From Phoronis australis (lineage: Eukaryota > Animalia > Phoronida): a stretch of DNA of 64,000 bases. Within the stretch, counting starts at the first letter, position 1. Every line of letters starts with the position of its first letter. The DNA lies in contig NMRA01000410.1 of assembly GCA_002633005.1 (NCBI GenBank), positions 89,977 to 153,976 on the forward strand, given 5' to 3'. Of this stretch, positions 12,399-26,700 are shown one piece after another. Both the position numbers and the translations under genes were made by a program. Below the pieces are notes generated by a model. The model saw only the letters and a program-made list of their open reading frames with translations, was not told where the DNA came from and made no database searches.

Positions 12399-12947
12399 AC
12401 CGGCAAACCATCCCTAGGATACTCAAAAATGTGGACATGTTTTTTAATAAAAAAGATGGAAAATTAAAAATCTTGATGGGTACTTTATAGAGGCTGTTGG
12501 ATATACTGGTTAAGTGCATTTAACATTTATATGCATCAGGCGAAGATTTTAAGTTGCATTGTTGATGGGTGCTTTAGAGGTCACCCTTTGACCTAATTCA
12601 ACACTTGTTGGTTTATTAGAAGACTATAGGACACATTTTTGTTTTCATGTCTTAGATTCGTCATCTGAAATTGCTCGGAGCCCTTCTTCAATCGCAATGT
12701 GGTGGCACCGCAATTCTGAGCTGGTTACGAATGTTTTACATAACTTAATTTACGCATAACATGCTTCGAAACGAGCTCAGAGTTACTCGACCTATTTTGA
12801 AAAAGGGGGCAGTTGCAATATTTGTCATAACATCATCTCACTTTATATTTGCCAATGTTTTTGTTCTTGTCTTATTTGTTATCAAGTTGTAATTACAAGA
12901 AGCATGACCATTTCATGTATTTTGTATCTGTACATACATTATTAGTT

Positions 12948-12953
12948 AATAAA
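12948..12953 (+). terminator. Candidate polyadenylation signal of CFAP20
   Basis: AATAAA about 550 nt after the stop; a more proximal AATAAA lies at 12446-12451. Confidence 0.4.
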
Positions 12954-15900
12954 CATTTTACAACAAGTCTATAGTGTAGTATCTGGGAACAATTGATTTT
13001 AGACATACATCTTGGATTGAGTGGCAGAATTGTGAACTGACAGTGAGAAGTTTCCAAACTTTAAAAACACCTAAATCTTAAAAATTCCAACTTCAGAACA
13101 GACTTGTGAATTTTGCTGAAGCCATCTACTTGGAAGACAGTTCACACACATGCTAGATGCCGCTGCACAGATTTAATAGCCACATGGAAGTTTCAAAGAA
13201 ATGTAAAATGTTCTGAAAATATACCTAAAAGTCCTATGTTCTATTCACGTGATCTTCACAAGTATTTCCCATCCTAACGTATAGAAGCCTGACATTTAAT
13301 TATTCAACTTAAAAATCAACATTCAGTAAATGTCATTTATGCATGACCATTGACCTTGTATAGTATGTACATATGTCTGTCAATGCGGCAGGTTACGACA
13401 GCCTAGATCATGTCTGCATACCGATGTAGTGCGCTGTGTATTCATTTCATTGTGCACTGCAAGTACCAAATCTAAAACCAGACTTGCAAAAAGTTGGCTA
13501 AATTGTGTTCCATAGTGTTTCTACCTGTAGCCTCATGCTTGTAAAAACTTACTATAAACAGTAAGATGAAGCAAAAACAGGTTTTAAAAGATGACCATGG
13601 TATGCACAGTAGTTTTCACATCTGAACCATGGCTTAATGATTACACTTTTTAGCATTTACAACGGAAAGTATGCATTCACATACGTCCAAGCTTATTTAG
13701 CTATGCATGACCTGTGTCAGCTGCACAAGTGATTCCCAGTGTGGGAAAGCATATTCAGCAAGTGTTACTCTTTGAAAATGATTCTCCGTTTACACATTGA
13801 TGTTATTAAACTGAACTACAATGTACAATGATTGTAACGTTGTTTGACATTGCCGTGAACTATTTGCACAGAAAACAATAACAAACACGTTAATGAATAG
13901 ACAAAGACTGTTCTTTTGTTTACCCTAGCAACAGCTTCAGGTCAACCAACAAAGGGCAGTGTTTTCACAGAGTGACACCTACTGTGAAATACAGAAGATA
14001 ACAAAAATTGTTACCTAAGTGAAACGATTTAATCATAGTAAAATGGTTTTCAAGTTTTGTAAAATTTCATTAAATATGAGAGTTTCAATTATAACCAACT
14101 GTACATACTAGAATTCAGTGCAAAGAACAGAGTGTGACTACCACTAATAAGTATAATTGGGACAGCATTTAGCACATACAAACTGGGTGAATTACCTACT
14201 AAAGTGGTATTCATGCATAAATTTTGACGTAATTAGTTAATACTTAATCATTAAAGAATATAACACTTCAAAACAACCATCACAACATAACACTTCAAAT
14301 GTACATTACAAAGTACTAGTAGATACAGAAGTTTTATTCTCAGCCAGTCACAGTGTGAAAATAAGTCTCTTGACAACAATCTCACATAAACTTATCAGGA
14401 GGTATTTCACATCAGGCTGACAGAAATGCAATACACAACTTAGTAGGATAATACAAGTACAGTAACTCAAGTGCTAGCTTTGATTTGGTTCGAATTGCAC
14501 CACTGAAACAACTGAAATCCAAAAACAAAAATGTCAACATGTTGCTGGCACGTTTGTTTTGTAACATCAGTTCACAATGTGGTATGATTTAAGAGACAAA
14601 ATGATGGACAAGTGAAATTCTGAATTTCATTTTAAAAAATTTACGTAGCACCAAATGTTTTAGTCATTTTCAAGTTATACACCATAACTACCAGTAGACA
14701 ATGTTTTGAGAAATTCTTGACTTTCAAAACTTACAATGTACGGGTAAAACTGACGTATTGACATTGATTTCGCCCAAGTCTAGCATGTACCACCTTGAAC
14801 TGACTGGCATGGTAACTGAACATGGTTCGCCTTCAAACAACAATTCAAACACCACCACAATTGTAACATATCATTTCCACCCATGAATATTAAGCATTGC
14901 CTGGAATAACACTTAACACCAGGGGATGTGAAGCTGAAGCACAGTCAAATGGACATGGAACAAAAGCACTGTCCTTTCAAAAGCCAAAAATTCATTCACT
15001 ATCAGCAGTGATATACAACAACAAATCTAACGCGTGAACACATCTCCGAGGAGTAATGTAAGCGACATTGAACAGCATCAAATACATGCGTACAGCATGC
15101 TTTCAAATGTTTTGGTATTGAGGGGCAACAGTATGAGAAACGGGCATAACAAGGTTCCACATTTCATTTTTTACAATCCCTTATGAGCTATTTTCTAGGA
15201 TATTCTTAAAGCGTGCCTACCAAAATTTCAAGGTCGTGCCCTCCCAAGACTGTACACTTTGTGTTAATTAAGTAATAGCGCATGCAGATCAGTACAGCTA
15301 CAGCATAAGTGAATACAAAATAATAAAATACAATATACAAAAACGTGCCATACACCAGCAGCGACAATGAGTACGTACAAAACACAAAGACCACAAATTT
15401 GTTAACAAGAAACAATTGGCAAACGCCATCTGTGCAAAGGCATATTTACTGGATAAAAGCTTTAAAACAAGTAAGCTATCTTCAGTGATAACAACAGAAA
15501 TGACAACACTTTTTGTAACAAGGTGAAGAACAAATTTGTCAATTACGGTAAACATCATCCAGTTTGGGTCAGTGAAAAATAATTTAGCTAATAAGTTTAA
15601 CGCTTGTACCAAAAAAGCTAATATTGGCCATCCCAAATTCAAGAATTACAACACAAACTTTGTGTCAGCAGCTATTTTCAATGATTTTATCTTGGACTCT
15701 GTCGATACAAAACGCCGTGTCCGACAATTGAGAAATATGATGAAAGTCCAAATTACCCACACCAAAATCTTCAGAGTGAGGACAATTTAATTTTGGCTTG
15801 AATTTCAAAGTTCCAAATTATAGAGACTATCCCAATTTATACCGTATAAGTATTATGCATTGTCAGTAACACAGCATTTGTGAACTTAGGAAAAAAGGAC

Positions 15901-17700
15901 TCCTCAGTCAAGTGGAGCCTTGAAAAGAGCACAGCCTGGTTTGGCTTAATAGCTTTTGGCACAACCTACAGGTCACTACTTCAAGTCCACAGAAAACTTG
16001 TGACACAATTGCCATGCAGCACCAGAGTGCGCTGTGATCAGTCCACTGAACAGGCATTTAGTCCTTGAGTGCAGTTGGCCATAAACTAAGTTCTACTAAC
16101 ACACTAACTACCAACAAATGACCAGCTGGCTGAGGTGGGAAAACTGATGCCACACGATTCTTCAGAATGCATGTAGCTAGCATCACGTTACAATAGTTCA
16201 CAATAGAAACTACATGGTAAAGTCTCACAAAATTAGGACCCAATAAGGCAGATAAGTGAATTTCTTTTATTTTTTCAAAGATGTGCAGCACCTAACAAAT
16301 CTTTTTATCATTTTGAAGTCCTATACCACAGCTACCACCAGACAATGTTTTGAGAAAATATGGGCATTCTTAACATTATTGAAAGCCTATTATTTTAGTC
16401 CAAAATTGGTGAGATTTTACCAAACACATATTCATTGGCTTCACTACCTATTCAAAAACAAAGTCTCCTGTTATTTGTCACAGAAACAAATGTCAAAATT
16501 GACAATCAATTTTAGTTCAAATTTTACAAAGCATCGTTTTCTGGCATAGGAACAATCATTCTAAGAGTGAAGTGTGACTTTCTTCGCATTTAACTGATGA
16601 GGAAACTTGAGAAATAAAGTAATTCACCTCATTAAGCCATATTGTGAGTTGGATAAGTGGTTTTATAACACTTTACTGAGTAAGCTTCAGGATTGTTTCA
16701 AAATAATCTATGTACTGTGACGGTTCTTTGTATAAACAATCCATACAATAAAGCATATGTCTAAGATTAAAATACCATGCAATGAAATTAAAAGCGCAAC
16801 GAGTTTTAAGTCTACAAGAATACCAAGTATTTATTGCCTTTGCAGTCTTCTCTAAAGACACAGTAAACACGACAGACAAGTACAAGGGAATTTTGTAGCA
16901 ATACGTTAGGCCAGCTCACGAGTCTTTTTGTGTATGTTTTCCAGAATCTTGAGAACTTATTCCACGAAAGCAAAAATTGCCGAATTATCGGTGTTGTTCA
17001 CTTTAATAAAGAATTTGCAGGAAAAATCTTCAAAAAAGACTCGTACAAAAAAGTTATCAGGTCAATAGCTAACACCAAGAACATACAAGCGTGTCGCACA
17101 CCTAGACAAACATTTAAGTAAAGGAGAGAGTTGAAGAGCAGATACGAAACCGTTATTTCTCACAATATCAGTCTAGTCATAATAACTTATTGTCAACAGC
17201 TGCTCTTCATTTGTATTGCTTTTGACATCTAGTCAAGTGAGAAATAACAAAGCGCAAAAAATAAAATCGAACATTTCTTCAAACAATATCGCCACAAGTT
17301 TGTTACAAACCATAACAACAGTTAAGCCACTTTACAAGTCACTTAAACTAACAGTCATAAACTGTTCCCCGCCGGTGATTATTATATATGTATTGCCATA
17401 TTTTGTTAAACTGAAATATCAATTCAACCCTATTTTGTTCCACATGAGATGAGATGCCTGAATTAGAAAAATAAATTGGTTTCCACCACAAGACGGGAAT
17501 ACAGTGGAGACTGTTATGTCCCCTGGCTGGACCTCGAATACACACCAAAACACAAACAACTGTACACCCACAACCCAAGGCAACAATGAACTGTATGATA
17601 CTCGCTGGATTATCAACAAGTTAAATACTCAATGCTTTATACAACGTCTAAAGGGTGGTTCTGTTAAAACCACCCTCTGGCACCCATACGGGGAAGATGT

Positions 17701-20700
17701 TTACTTGTTCTTAGTTGCCGCAGAAACACGTTTCGTCACTCTGCCACAGAATAAACCAATGATGAGAACGACAGCGATGACAGCGAAGACCAAGCCCAGG
17801 AAAGAATTGCGTGAGGGTGAAGCCAGGATCATGTCAAATATGTCGAATGTTCCCGCGGGTGCAACCTGTAGCAAACGCACACAGAACAAGGTTTCAGAAA
17901 ATTTATATGTTAATAACATATTTTCACTGATGTTTTGTTTCGTCCCCAAGAAATCACCCACATGCTGAACATACTCCTTCCATTTTATAAATATTCATTA
18001 TGAAAAATACAATGTAGAGCTAGAAAGAAAAATATCTGAACATCGGAGTTAACACCCACATTTAGTTCAACGCCCACCCCAAAAACTTCCTAATTTGCCC
18101 TTACTCAGTTTAGCACCCACCTCTAACTTCCTTAAAAGTGCCCATGTCTTCGGGAACATAAGTCTCAAAGAACTTTAGCTCCCAAATGATATGTCTATCC
18201 ACTCCTAAGAAATAAATGGCGTAACAAGACATACATCAAGCAGCTCCCATAAAATGTAACTCAAAGCAACCAAGTACTCTACCTTTGCGGCAAAGGCCCA
18301 TAGTTCACGTCGTTTCGTCAGCTCCCTGTTGCAAGCATTGGTTAGTCTTATCGTATTATCATCAAGAGCCGACAGCAAGCAAGACATTTCTGAAAAACAG
18401 GTTCTAAACTAATTATATACAGTACAAGACAATATTAATCGGACAAAATACCGTTTCCTATCATGACGGCTTATTCTGATAACAGCAAAAATATTTGGTA
18501 ATGACTACAATGGTAGCTAACTTATAACCACAGAATGGCTTAGCAACCTTTAACTTTCCAGTTAATTCTTTTTCATTCTCGGTCATGGGGATAGGCCGCT
18601 ATGATGATGAATTGTGCTTCGGTCCAACCGACACCACGGGGATTCAGTCATTTTGTTTCTACACTTTTGGTGAGTACTGCATGTGATATTGATGTCTAGG
18701 TTTGAGAAGAGACAGTTCCTAATTACTAATGACCTAGCTCATGAAGTCTGCTCATCGCACCAGGTTTAGTTTTAGTTGCCAAGGCTGTATGGCCGTCAGG
18801 GGAATTTCAGGCATTTACTGCGACCAATTTCAGTTGAAGCAATGGATAAGTACAGGATAGTGTTGGGTCTGGAGGAGCTGTCAACAAGTTGTTTCTGACA
18901 CCACAGACAGTGGTTTACAGTGGTTTTAAACACTCCACAGCCAATATTACTAGCTAACGAAGTGATACGTACGTCGACCCAGGCCCTTAGGTATGTCTGC
19001 ACAGTAATTCTTCAGATCCACACTACAAGCGTCATACAAATGGGGATCCACGTGAACATCAGCCCGTCCCTCAACGAACAACCGAATGACTTCCTGCAAT
19101 AAGTAACAACATGGTACACTCACCGACTCCTTAGTTAATGACATTACAAAATTGTCAACAGTTGCTGTTTTCTGTGTTTCTACCAAGGTCCGTTTTCGTT
19201 AAGGGATGTTTTTTGGCCACATCTCTGATTAGATTTACACCTATGGCAACGAACAAGCTAAAATTTCTCACATGACCTGGAATGTGTGACGACACGACTG
19301 GTTAATAACACCGAGTATGTAATTTTTTTAATATTACATGGGCGAATCACAAAGTAGTGCAGAGTAGAAATCCATACGCCTTACAGCAAGCCTCGGGATT
19401 TTGACAAAATTTCCAAGAGGTTTTGCCCATGTCATAAACCTGAGACTCGTATAGGATTCTCTACACATCGACTACAAAAAAAACCCCTACACCTTTTACC
19501 TTTCCTGAATGGCAGGAGTTAAAAAAGGTCACAATGTTGTGAGATATTTTAGAGCAACAGGCTGCCCTCGTCTGAACAAAGTATGGACGCAACTACCTTA
19601 AAGAAATACAACTGGCAAAATGCGCATTGTTTCTACCTTGCATTTCACCAAATACACACAGGCTTACTCCAGACTGAACATGTTAACACAAATGCGTGAC
19701 TACATTATGGTAATTTTGTAATTCTTCACCTACAGTATACAGAAGTCCAAGATTTCAAAATGGACATACGTAACACAAGTGCACTGGAGTGGTAGAGAAC
19801 TGGATTGAGCAAATAAGCCGATTTTTACATTCCGCTCCATGGAGACCCGGCAATAAAACATAGATTTCTCTAAGAATAATGAGTATATGGTGAAAACAGG
19901 GCTCAAAAATAAATGTACGGGCACCATGAGTAGGTGAATATTGCAGGGTTGTTTGGACTGAGAAACTTTCAGATTATTCATGATGGTCTGGCTTCTGAAA
20001 AACCAAAAAACTGCATTTTTTATTAAATATTATTTTTGTGTCAAATAACTTCCTCAGTGATGTTGTACATGTAATTAATGAAGGCCAGGGATCACTGATT
20101 GGCATTGAGAATCATTTATGGGAGAAAGGGTGAAACTCATTTTATGGGAAAAAATATGTCTAGTCCCTTTAAACACTTCAGCTGTTGTAATAAATGCATT
20201 TTTGATGTCTCAATAGCAGATACTATTTTTCATCAAAACAAGTGAAAATTTGCCCAAAATACAATCTGATGTTTTTCAAAAATGTCTGTATGTCTAAAAA
20301 CCCATTACACTTAAACATGGGAACAACCTCCCAAACACAGGGGTAATGTCTTTCGAGTACGACAAGACGCGACTCAGTAAGTTGGGTCCACATGGAAGGT
20401 CATTTTACGGGATGAACCAGGATAGAGTTTCGTAGATGCAACAATCTCATTAAGGAAGCTAGAGTAATCCTGTGTTTCACTTGCAATGCATGGCGATAAC
20501 TCATGTGTTCTAGTGTTTATGCAAGATTCTCGCCTCTACGGAATACACGTGAAGTCTCAAGAGAGGACAGTCAGTTTTTCCCAAGTCTACAAATCTTGTA
20601 ACGTGGGTGAGGAACAACTTAAGACGTGTTTCATAATTGTCTCAGTTAATGCAGTTGACAGAGAGGTTGGCCACAGAGGGAATGGATTTGTGTTTACTGG

Positions 20701-23700
20701 GAAGACATAATCTGTCACATCTCACAGGGAAGACCCACTTGTCACAGTTTTTGGTGCTTTTTGTGTGTATAAGTCGCATCGATTTTCTTTTCGTCACATA
20801 TGCAAAACACTATATTTGTCAGCGATAACAATGAATCCTGAAATTTTACAGTTTGTGAAAAAAGGAACACCTACTTCGATGCAGCACAAAATAACTGAGA
20901 GTTGAACAAAAACCACTAAAAGCTTACTTAGCAGCAAATTTCTCACACTCTGTTACAGAATTTTCAAAATGTCACACAATTTCAGGCAACCAAGCTTTAT
21001 CACAGAATGTCATCATGTCACAGGAAATACATGCTTTGCATACAGCAAACTCACAGGCAAGCATATGGACTGTGGTTGAATCTTCTGAATGTTTTGCTTG
21101 AGACATTCCTCCACTCCGCCTTCATCCTCTCCGTCCTCTTTTACCCTTTCCATGCTTTCGCTGCAGAACTCTTTAATCTGCAAGCGATCAAACAATCTCT
21201 AAGTGAACGACATTGTAGCCACAATTGCAATATCCAAATTATGTTTGCACTAAAAAAATAAAATAAAAACACACCAGGACTTGGGGTCTAATCTCCAAAC
21301 TTGAACTTCAAATTAAATTTTGATGTTTCTTTTCTACCAAAGCTAACGTGAGGTGAATGTTGCATGAATGTCTAATCTTAGTTCACACTTGATGCCCCCA
21401 ACATTAAAGGTATAAATTCAAAGCTGAATTCAAAATCTATATTTTAAAGCCTTTTGCAGTAGTTTTCTCAAAATATCTTACTCAACTCTTAAGTCACTAA
21501 TTCGGACTAGGAGACCTCAAATGAGAACTTGTACTAGGAACTCATCTCCATAAACTATTAACTTGAGCATACAACTAAATATCCGTACCTTGAGGTTGTC
21601 CACAAGAAAAATGTAAAAATAATGTCAGATTTGAGATCAGAGATTTGACCCCTCCTCTAGTTTGAAATTCACAAAGTGACCAAAAACTTTCAATGCAGCA
21701 TGGGCAGGAACATAAATTCATCAAAAAACCTAGTTGGACCTTAAAAATGAAAAAGAATGTGCCAACATATATACATAACCAGGGCAATTACCCCTTCTTT
21801 GTATCTACTACAGTACAGGCCCATGGTTACTTATAGATGAGTCCTTCCCTTCTTAGAATTTCTACTACAGTACAGGCCCACAATTACTTATAGATGAGTC
21901 CATCCCTTCTCAGTATTTCTACTTCAGTACAGGCCCACAATTACTTATAGATGAGTCCACATCCCGTCTTAGTATTTCTTCTAGAATACAGGTCCACAGT
22001 TATCTATAGATGAGTCCATCCCTTCTCAGTATTTCTACTACAGTACAGGCCCACAATTACTTGTAGATGAGTCCACATCCCGTCTTAGTATTTCTTCTAG
22101 AATACAGGTCCACAGTTATCTATAGATGAGTCCATCCCATCTCAGTATTTCTACTACAGTACAGGCCCACGGTTACTTATAGATGACTCCATTTGCAGAA
22201 ATTTACCACAAAACTGCTAGGCATCAGTAATTTCATTGACAAGAAGCAAAAGGCTTCCAACTCATACCTCCTTATCACACTTCGCAGCCAACACGGGGTC
22301 TCTCCTGTAGTCCAGCTGAGCCTCTTGCATGACAACACTCACTTGACGATGACACTCTGGCGACAATCTCTACAGGAAGAGTTGGACACAGATGACAGCT
22401 CACCGGACTACACAAAGTATTCTGCTGACAGGTTAGTTTATAATACATGTATGGCCCACTCTAGTCGAGGGTGATATTAGGTCATATGTACGGAAGAAGA
22501 GCAATACTACCCAAAGGCAACATTACTCTCCCGATGTTCATATGACATGATACACTCGAGGGATCTGTCTATATTTGTGTTATTCAAAACCACCGATGCT
22601 TCTTTTCCTCTGATTTGTTTTCTCTTATTAAACAAGCTTCTTTTTACCTGAATAGAAAGCGACATTCCACACTATATCAGAGAACAAAAGTATAAGTAGT
22701 TGTGTAATAAATGAATACACAATAATTTTAGTTTTATATTACAGCCATCAACAATCAGACTGCAAGGAAAGCAATGGAGTTTCCTCGTGACGCTATCAAA
22801 AGAATGAATTTTTACTAGTTCTTGAGACCATCAATGAGACATCCTGACTATTGAACAGTCTTATAACTTGTCAATGTGTGAATGAGCTCAGCTAGAACCA
22901 GTGCAAATCAAAATTAGAGCCTAGTGCGTGAATGCAGTTTCACTTGTTACACTTACATTTTCAACAAATCATTATACGTTTACCTATCATGTTCAACAAA
23001 ATGCACACAATTACACCATCAGCTAAATGAATTAAAACATTCAAGACCAGAAACAAAAGCTGCATAAATGTCTAGTCAGTAGTCTGTGATGTATTATAGT
23101 GTACATGTCTGACAACATGTCTAGTCAGTAGTCTGTGATGTATTATAGTGTACCTGTCTGCTAACATGTTAAGTGAACAGTTAGCCAGCCAGCTGGTTGT
23201 ACGAAGACTATCGTCAAAATACAGCTAGGTACCACAGTGTGTTGAGCTCAGACAGACCTCCAAACTGCACACAGCCCGGGTAGTTTTACTTGTCACCTCG
23301 CAGTGAAACTTGCATCAACATGTACATCAGGAGATGAAGACAGCTTATAATGAAGTGAAACCAGTCAATTCCGATAATTTGTTGCGACGTTTATGCAACC
23401 TCGTGAAAGAACAACAGTTGATTGAAGAATTGGCGAAAAAAGAAACTGGCCAATAAGTGACGCAATATTTCATGGTGCCGAAAGCTGATGCAAAAGATCA
23501 CTCCACAACTTTAACAGCAGAATAACTGTAGAACACCAATTTTTCCAACACTGGTTAATAATTTAGTTTACTCAAGGAAGAGTGAAGTTTTTAGTGACAC
23601 TAATTTATTGCCACATTTTCTTTAGTCAGTTTTTTACCCACATCGGCGCAAAGCTGTATATTTAGTAAAAAACTTTGCACCAAGGCTTGCCAACAGTCTG

Positions 23701-26700
23701 TGATGTATTACAGTGTACATATGTCTGCTAACATGTCAAGCCAACAGTCTGTGATGTATTATGGTGAAGTGAAAGACGTACAAACAACCACATAACGTAT
23801 CAACTTACACTTTCTTTCCTAACAAACTGCTTCTTCAGACAGGCAATCACAACTCCTTCTAGTTCTTTCGTTGACGTCTTCTGACCCTTGGAAACATGGT
23901 CGGTTATCTCTTTGCGACAGAACTTGGGTACGTCCAGGCGGCAGGCTTTGTGCAGTGCCGGGTTCAGCCGGAAGTCAGAGTGTTGAAGGATCAGCTTCTC
24001 GTCCACGACCTTGCGACACTTGGGGTCAAAACCATCGGAGTGCATAAACTGTTTCAGGCACGGGATCATGCCAGAAGCATCCTCATGCGAGCAGTGCAGC
24101 TGGAACACAGAGTTGCAGTGGTGTCACACTTATCATTATTGTACCAATAATCCTTAACAGCAGTATTTGCACACAAACTTATTCAAGCTTCACCAATATC
24201 ATTCAAGCTTGGCCGATATTCTGGGCCTACCATATTGAAGGTTCCACACATAACCTTGAAAGCAGCGAGGCAGATGGCTGTACTTCACTGCACTGACTAC
24301 ACTGCACAAGCTATGTAGTCACACACCAAAAGGATACCACCATGCTTGATGAGGGAAATCACTACAGACAATCAGTTCCAATTATGTTACTAACCAGAAA
24401 CTTTATCAACCTTGCAGAGTAATGTTATCCAAACTTAGAATTCAATGCTGATAAAGGCCACTGGCCCAACAAGCTGTTCCAGATATTTTGTCAAGTTTAA
24501 TTCACATTACTCATCAGAAGTCCTTTCAAGTGAGGAGCAAAAGAAATTCAAGCATGGAGAAAAATATCTAATGGGACGATGAAGAATTCAGCTTCACCAA
24601 CCTTGCTCAAAGTGCGCTAAACATATGGGATACACGTGTCTTACCTTGATCATCGTCTTACAGGTATGCATCAACGTGTAATCACCGCCTACCACATTCA
24701 CCTCCAGCCTCTATGTAGCAAAAAAGAGACATTACATCAGACTTAATGAGCATGTGCATACACACAGGAACACCATTGAGCAAAGTTCCACCCATGTACA
24801 CACAGTCAGGGCCATGATTGCCATATGAGACAAGGGTATGCAAATGCCGTGGGATGACTGGAAACGAAATTTAATTCAATGTTGTACATTTGTCTGTTCA
24901 GCTACAAGTCCAGCCTATAATTTTGAATGGTTTGTTCAATTCTGAACGCCCATGTTCAGGACTGGTGCACTCTGCTTCATGGCTATCACCTGATTTTTGA
25001 ATATCTTGATTAAATGATACGAGTGTTAAGCACACCCAAACATAGCTATCAGTAGGAAAATAGACGTGTTATTGTCTGGATTCAATCAGTAGAAATTCCA
25101 ACAAAACACGCGATCAGACTAATGCCAGGGCCCGCCTAATCTCTAAACTTGAAAATTGACCAATTTCATGGCATGCCTTGAGCGAACTTAGAAATTTGTA
25201 CTTGAATCATATAGCATAACTGGTTAAGTTTTGATTTTGAGTCGAGTCAGAGTTGAGAGATTAGAACCTGGACCCTTGTGTTTCCCACCCTTGATTATGT
25301 TGGGCTGGAGAGTTAAAGAAGTGCTAATGAGCATAACTGGGTGGATAGACTTTAGCAAAGAATGACAATAAGCACCATCAAAAAGATGTGATTGTTAACA
25401 GCAGTGCGAAAAGAACTAACTACTAACTTAAATGCTAGCCACAGTTTGAAGGCATGAGGATAATTTGGCATCACTTAATTTGAAATCTGTTCAAACTGCC
25501 AGAAAACAGCATGCTTTAAACTATTAACAGTCAAAGCTCTTCCGAGATCCTTAAAACAAAGTTAATAAGTCAACTAAAGACCAATATTTTGCAACAATTT
25601 GAAAACTTGATCGGCCAGCTACTTGTCAAGCAGACAAAAAATTAACAAGTCTAGGCATATGTGTGTGTTCACACAAACAAGTGTTTCTCCATTTTTGTTA
25701 AAGCTACTGAAAGCACAACCACCAGAGGACAGACTGCAACAGATTCTCCTCTAGCCAGACAATTTCCCCTATCCCTAAGCCAATAATAGCATTTGCTTAG
25801 GTCTCAGGTCCCCGATATCATTTACCAAATGAATGACAGTTGAAATTTGACAGCGTTTTTACGACAATAACACATTATTTAAACCAGGCATAAAGTTTAA
25901 AGTACACGCATGTCTTGGTGACACGCAAAATTGACGCGGTTCTTCCCATGATGTCCCACCTGCTTATCACTAGTAAAATGAGCATTTGTCTCAGCTATAG
26001 TGTTCGCAATATATAGCAGTCATATTTCAAATTGTCCTTGGCGTGTTTCCCCATCTGCTAATAGCAGACAAACAAGCATTTCTTCCTTTTCTGTTGAAGC
26101 TGGTCCCATTTGACACCTAAAGGTCGGACATTTTGCAGTCTTGCAGTCACCTAAGGCATTACCATTTTGTTGATCAAATTTGAACTCTCCCAAATTACCT
26201 CTTTCTTGAAAATGTGTACGTGACATTTATCTGACAGTTTCCTCTGGTTCTTCTTCAGACAGTGTTCCACCTAGAAAACAGGGCAGAGAATTAGTACAAC
26301 TAACTGTATTGATGACGCTTACAAAGGAAATAAGCTGCATTTTGCGCAATTAACACCCAACTGGACAATAACTGTTATTAGACAGGATATGTTGAAATGT
26401 AGAGTCGTAAGAGACAACGATAAGTTAACATCCAGAATACCATTACACGCACGATTTCTCACCACAAGGGATCCGTGACTAGCGTTAATGAGCGCACCTC
26501 AAATTACTGACTGATAGGTACATACAACAACATTTAAGAAGAGACATCAATACTGTATCCTTTTGTATTGTGAAGGACTAAAAGATAAAAAGTTGTAATA
26601 GCAATCAGCACACCAGAGCATTAAAATGTGTTACCTCTCCATTTTCAGCACCTTCATTCACCATGTCGCCACAAAATTTCTGAATATCCATATCACAGTT

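Noticed and set aside
17701-17720. GLG1 tail ATKNK as a dilysine ER-retrieval signal
   Set aside because: Lysines are at -1 and -3, not the -3/-4 or -3/-5 pattern.
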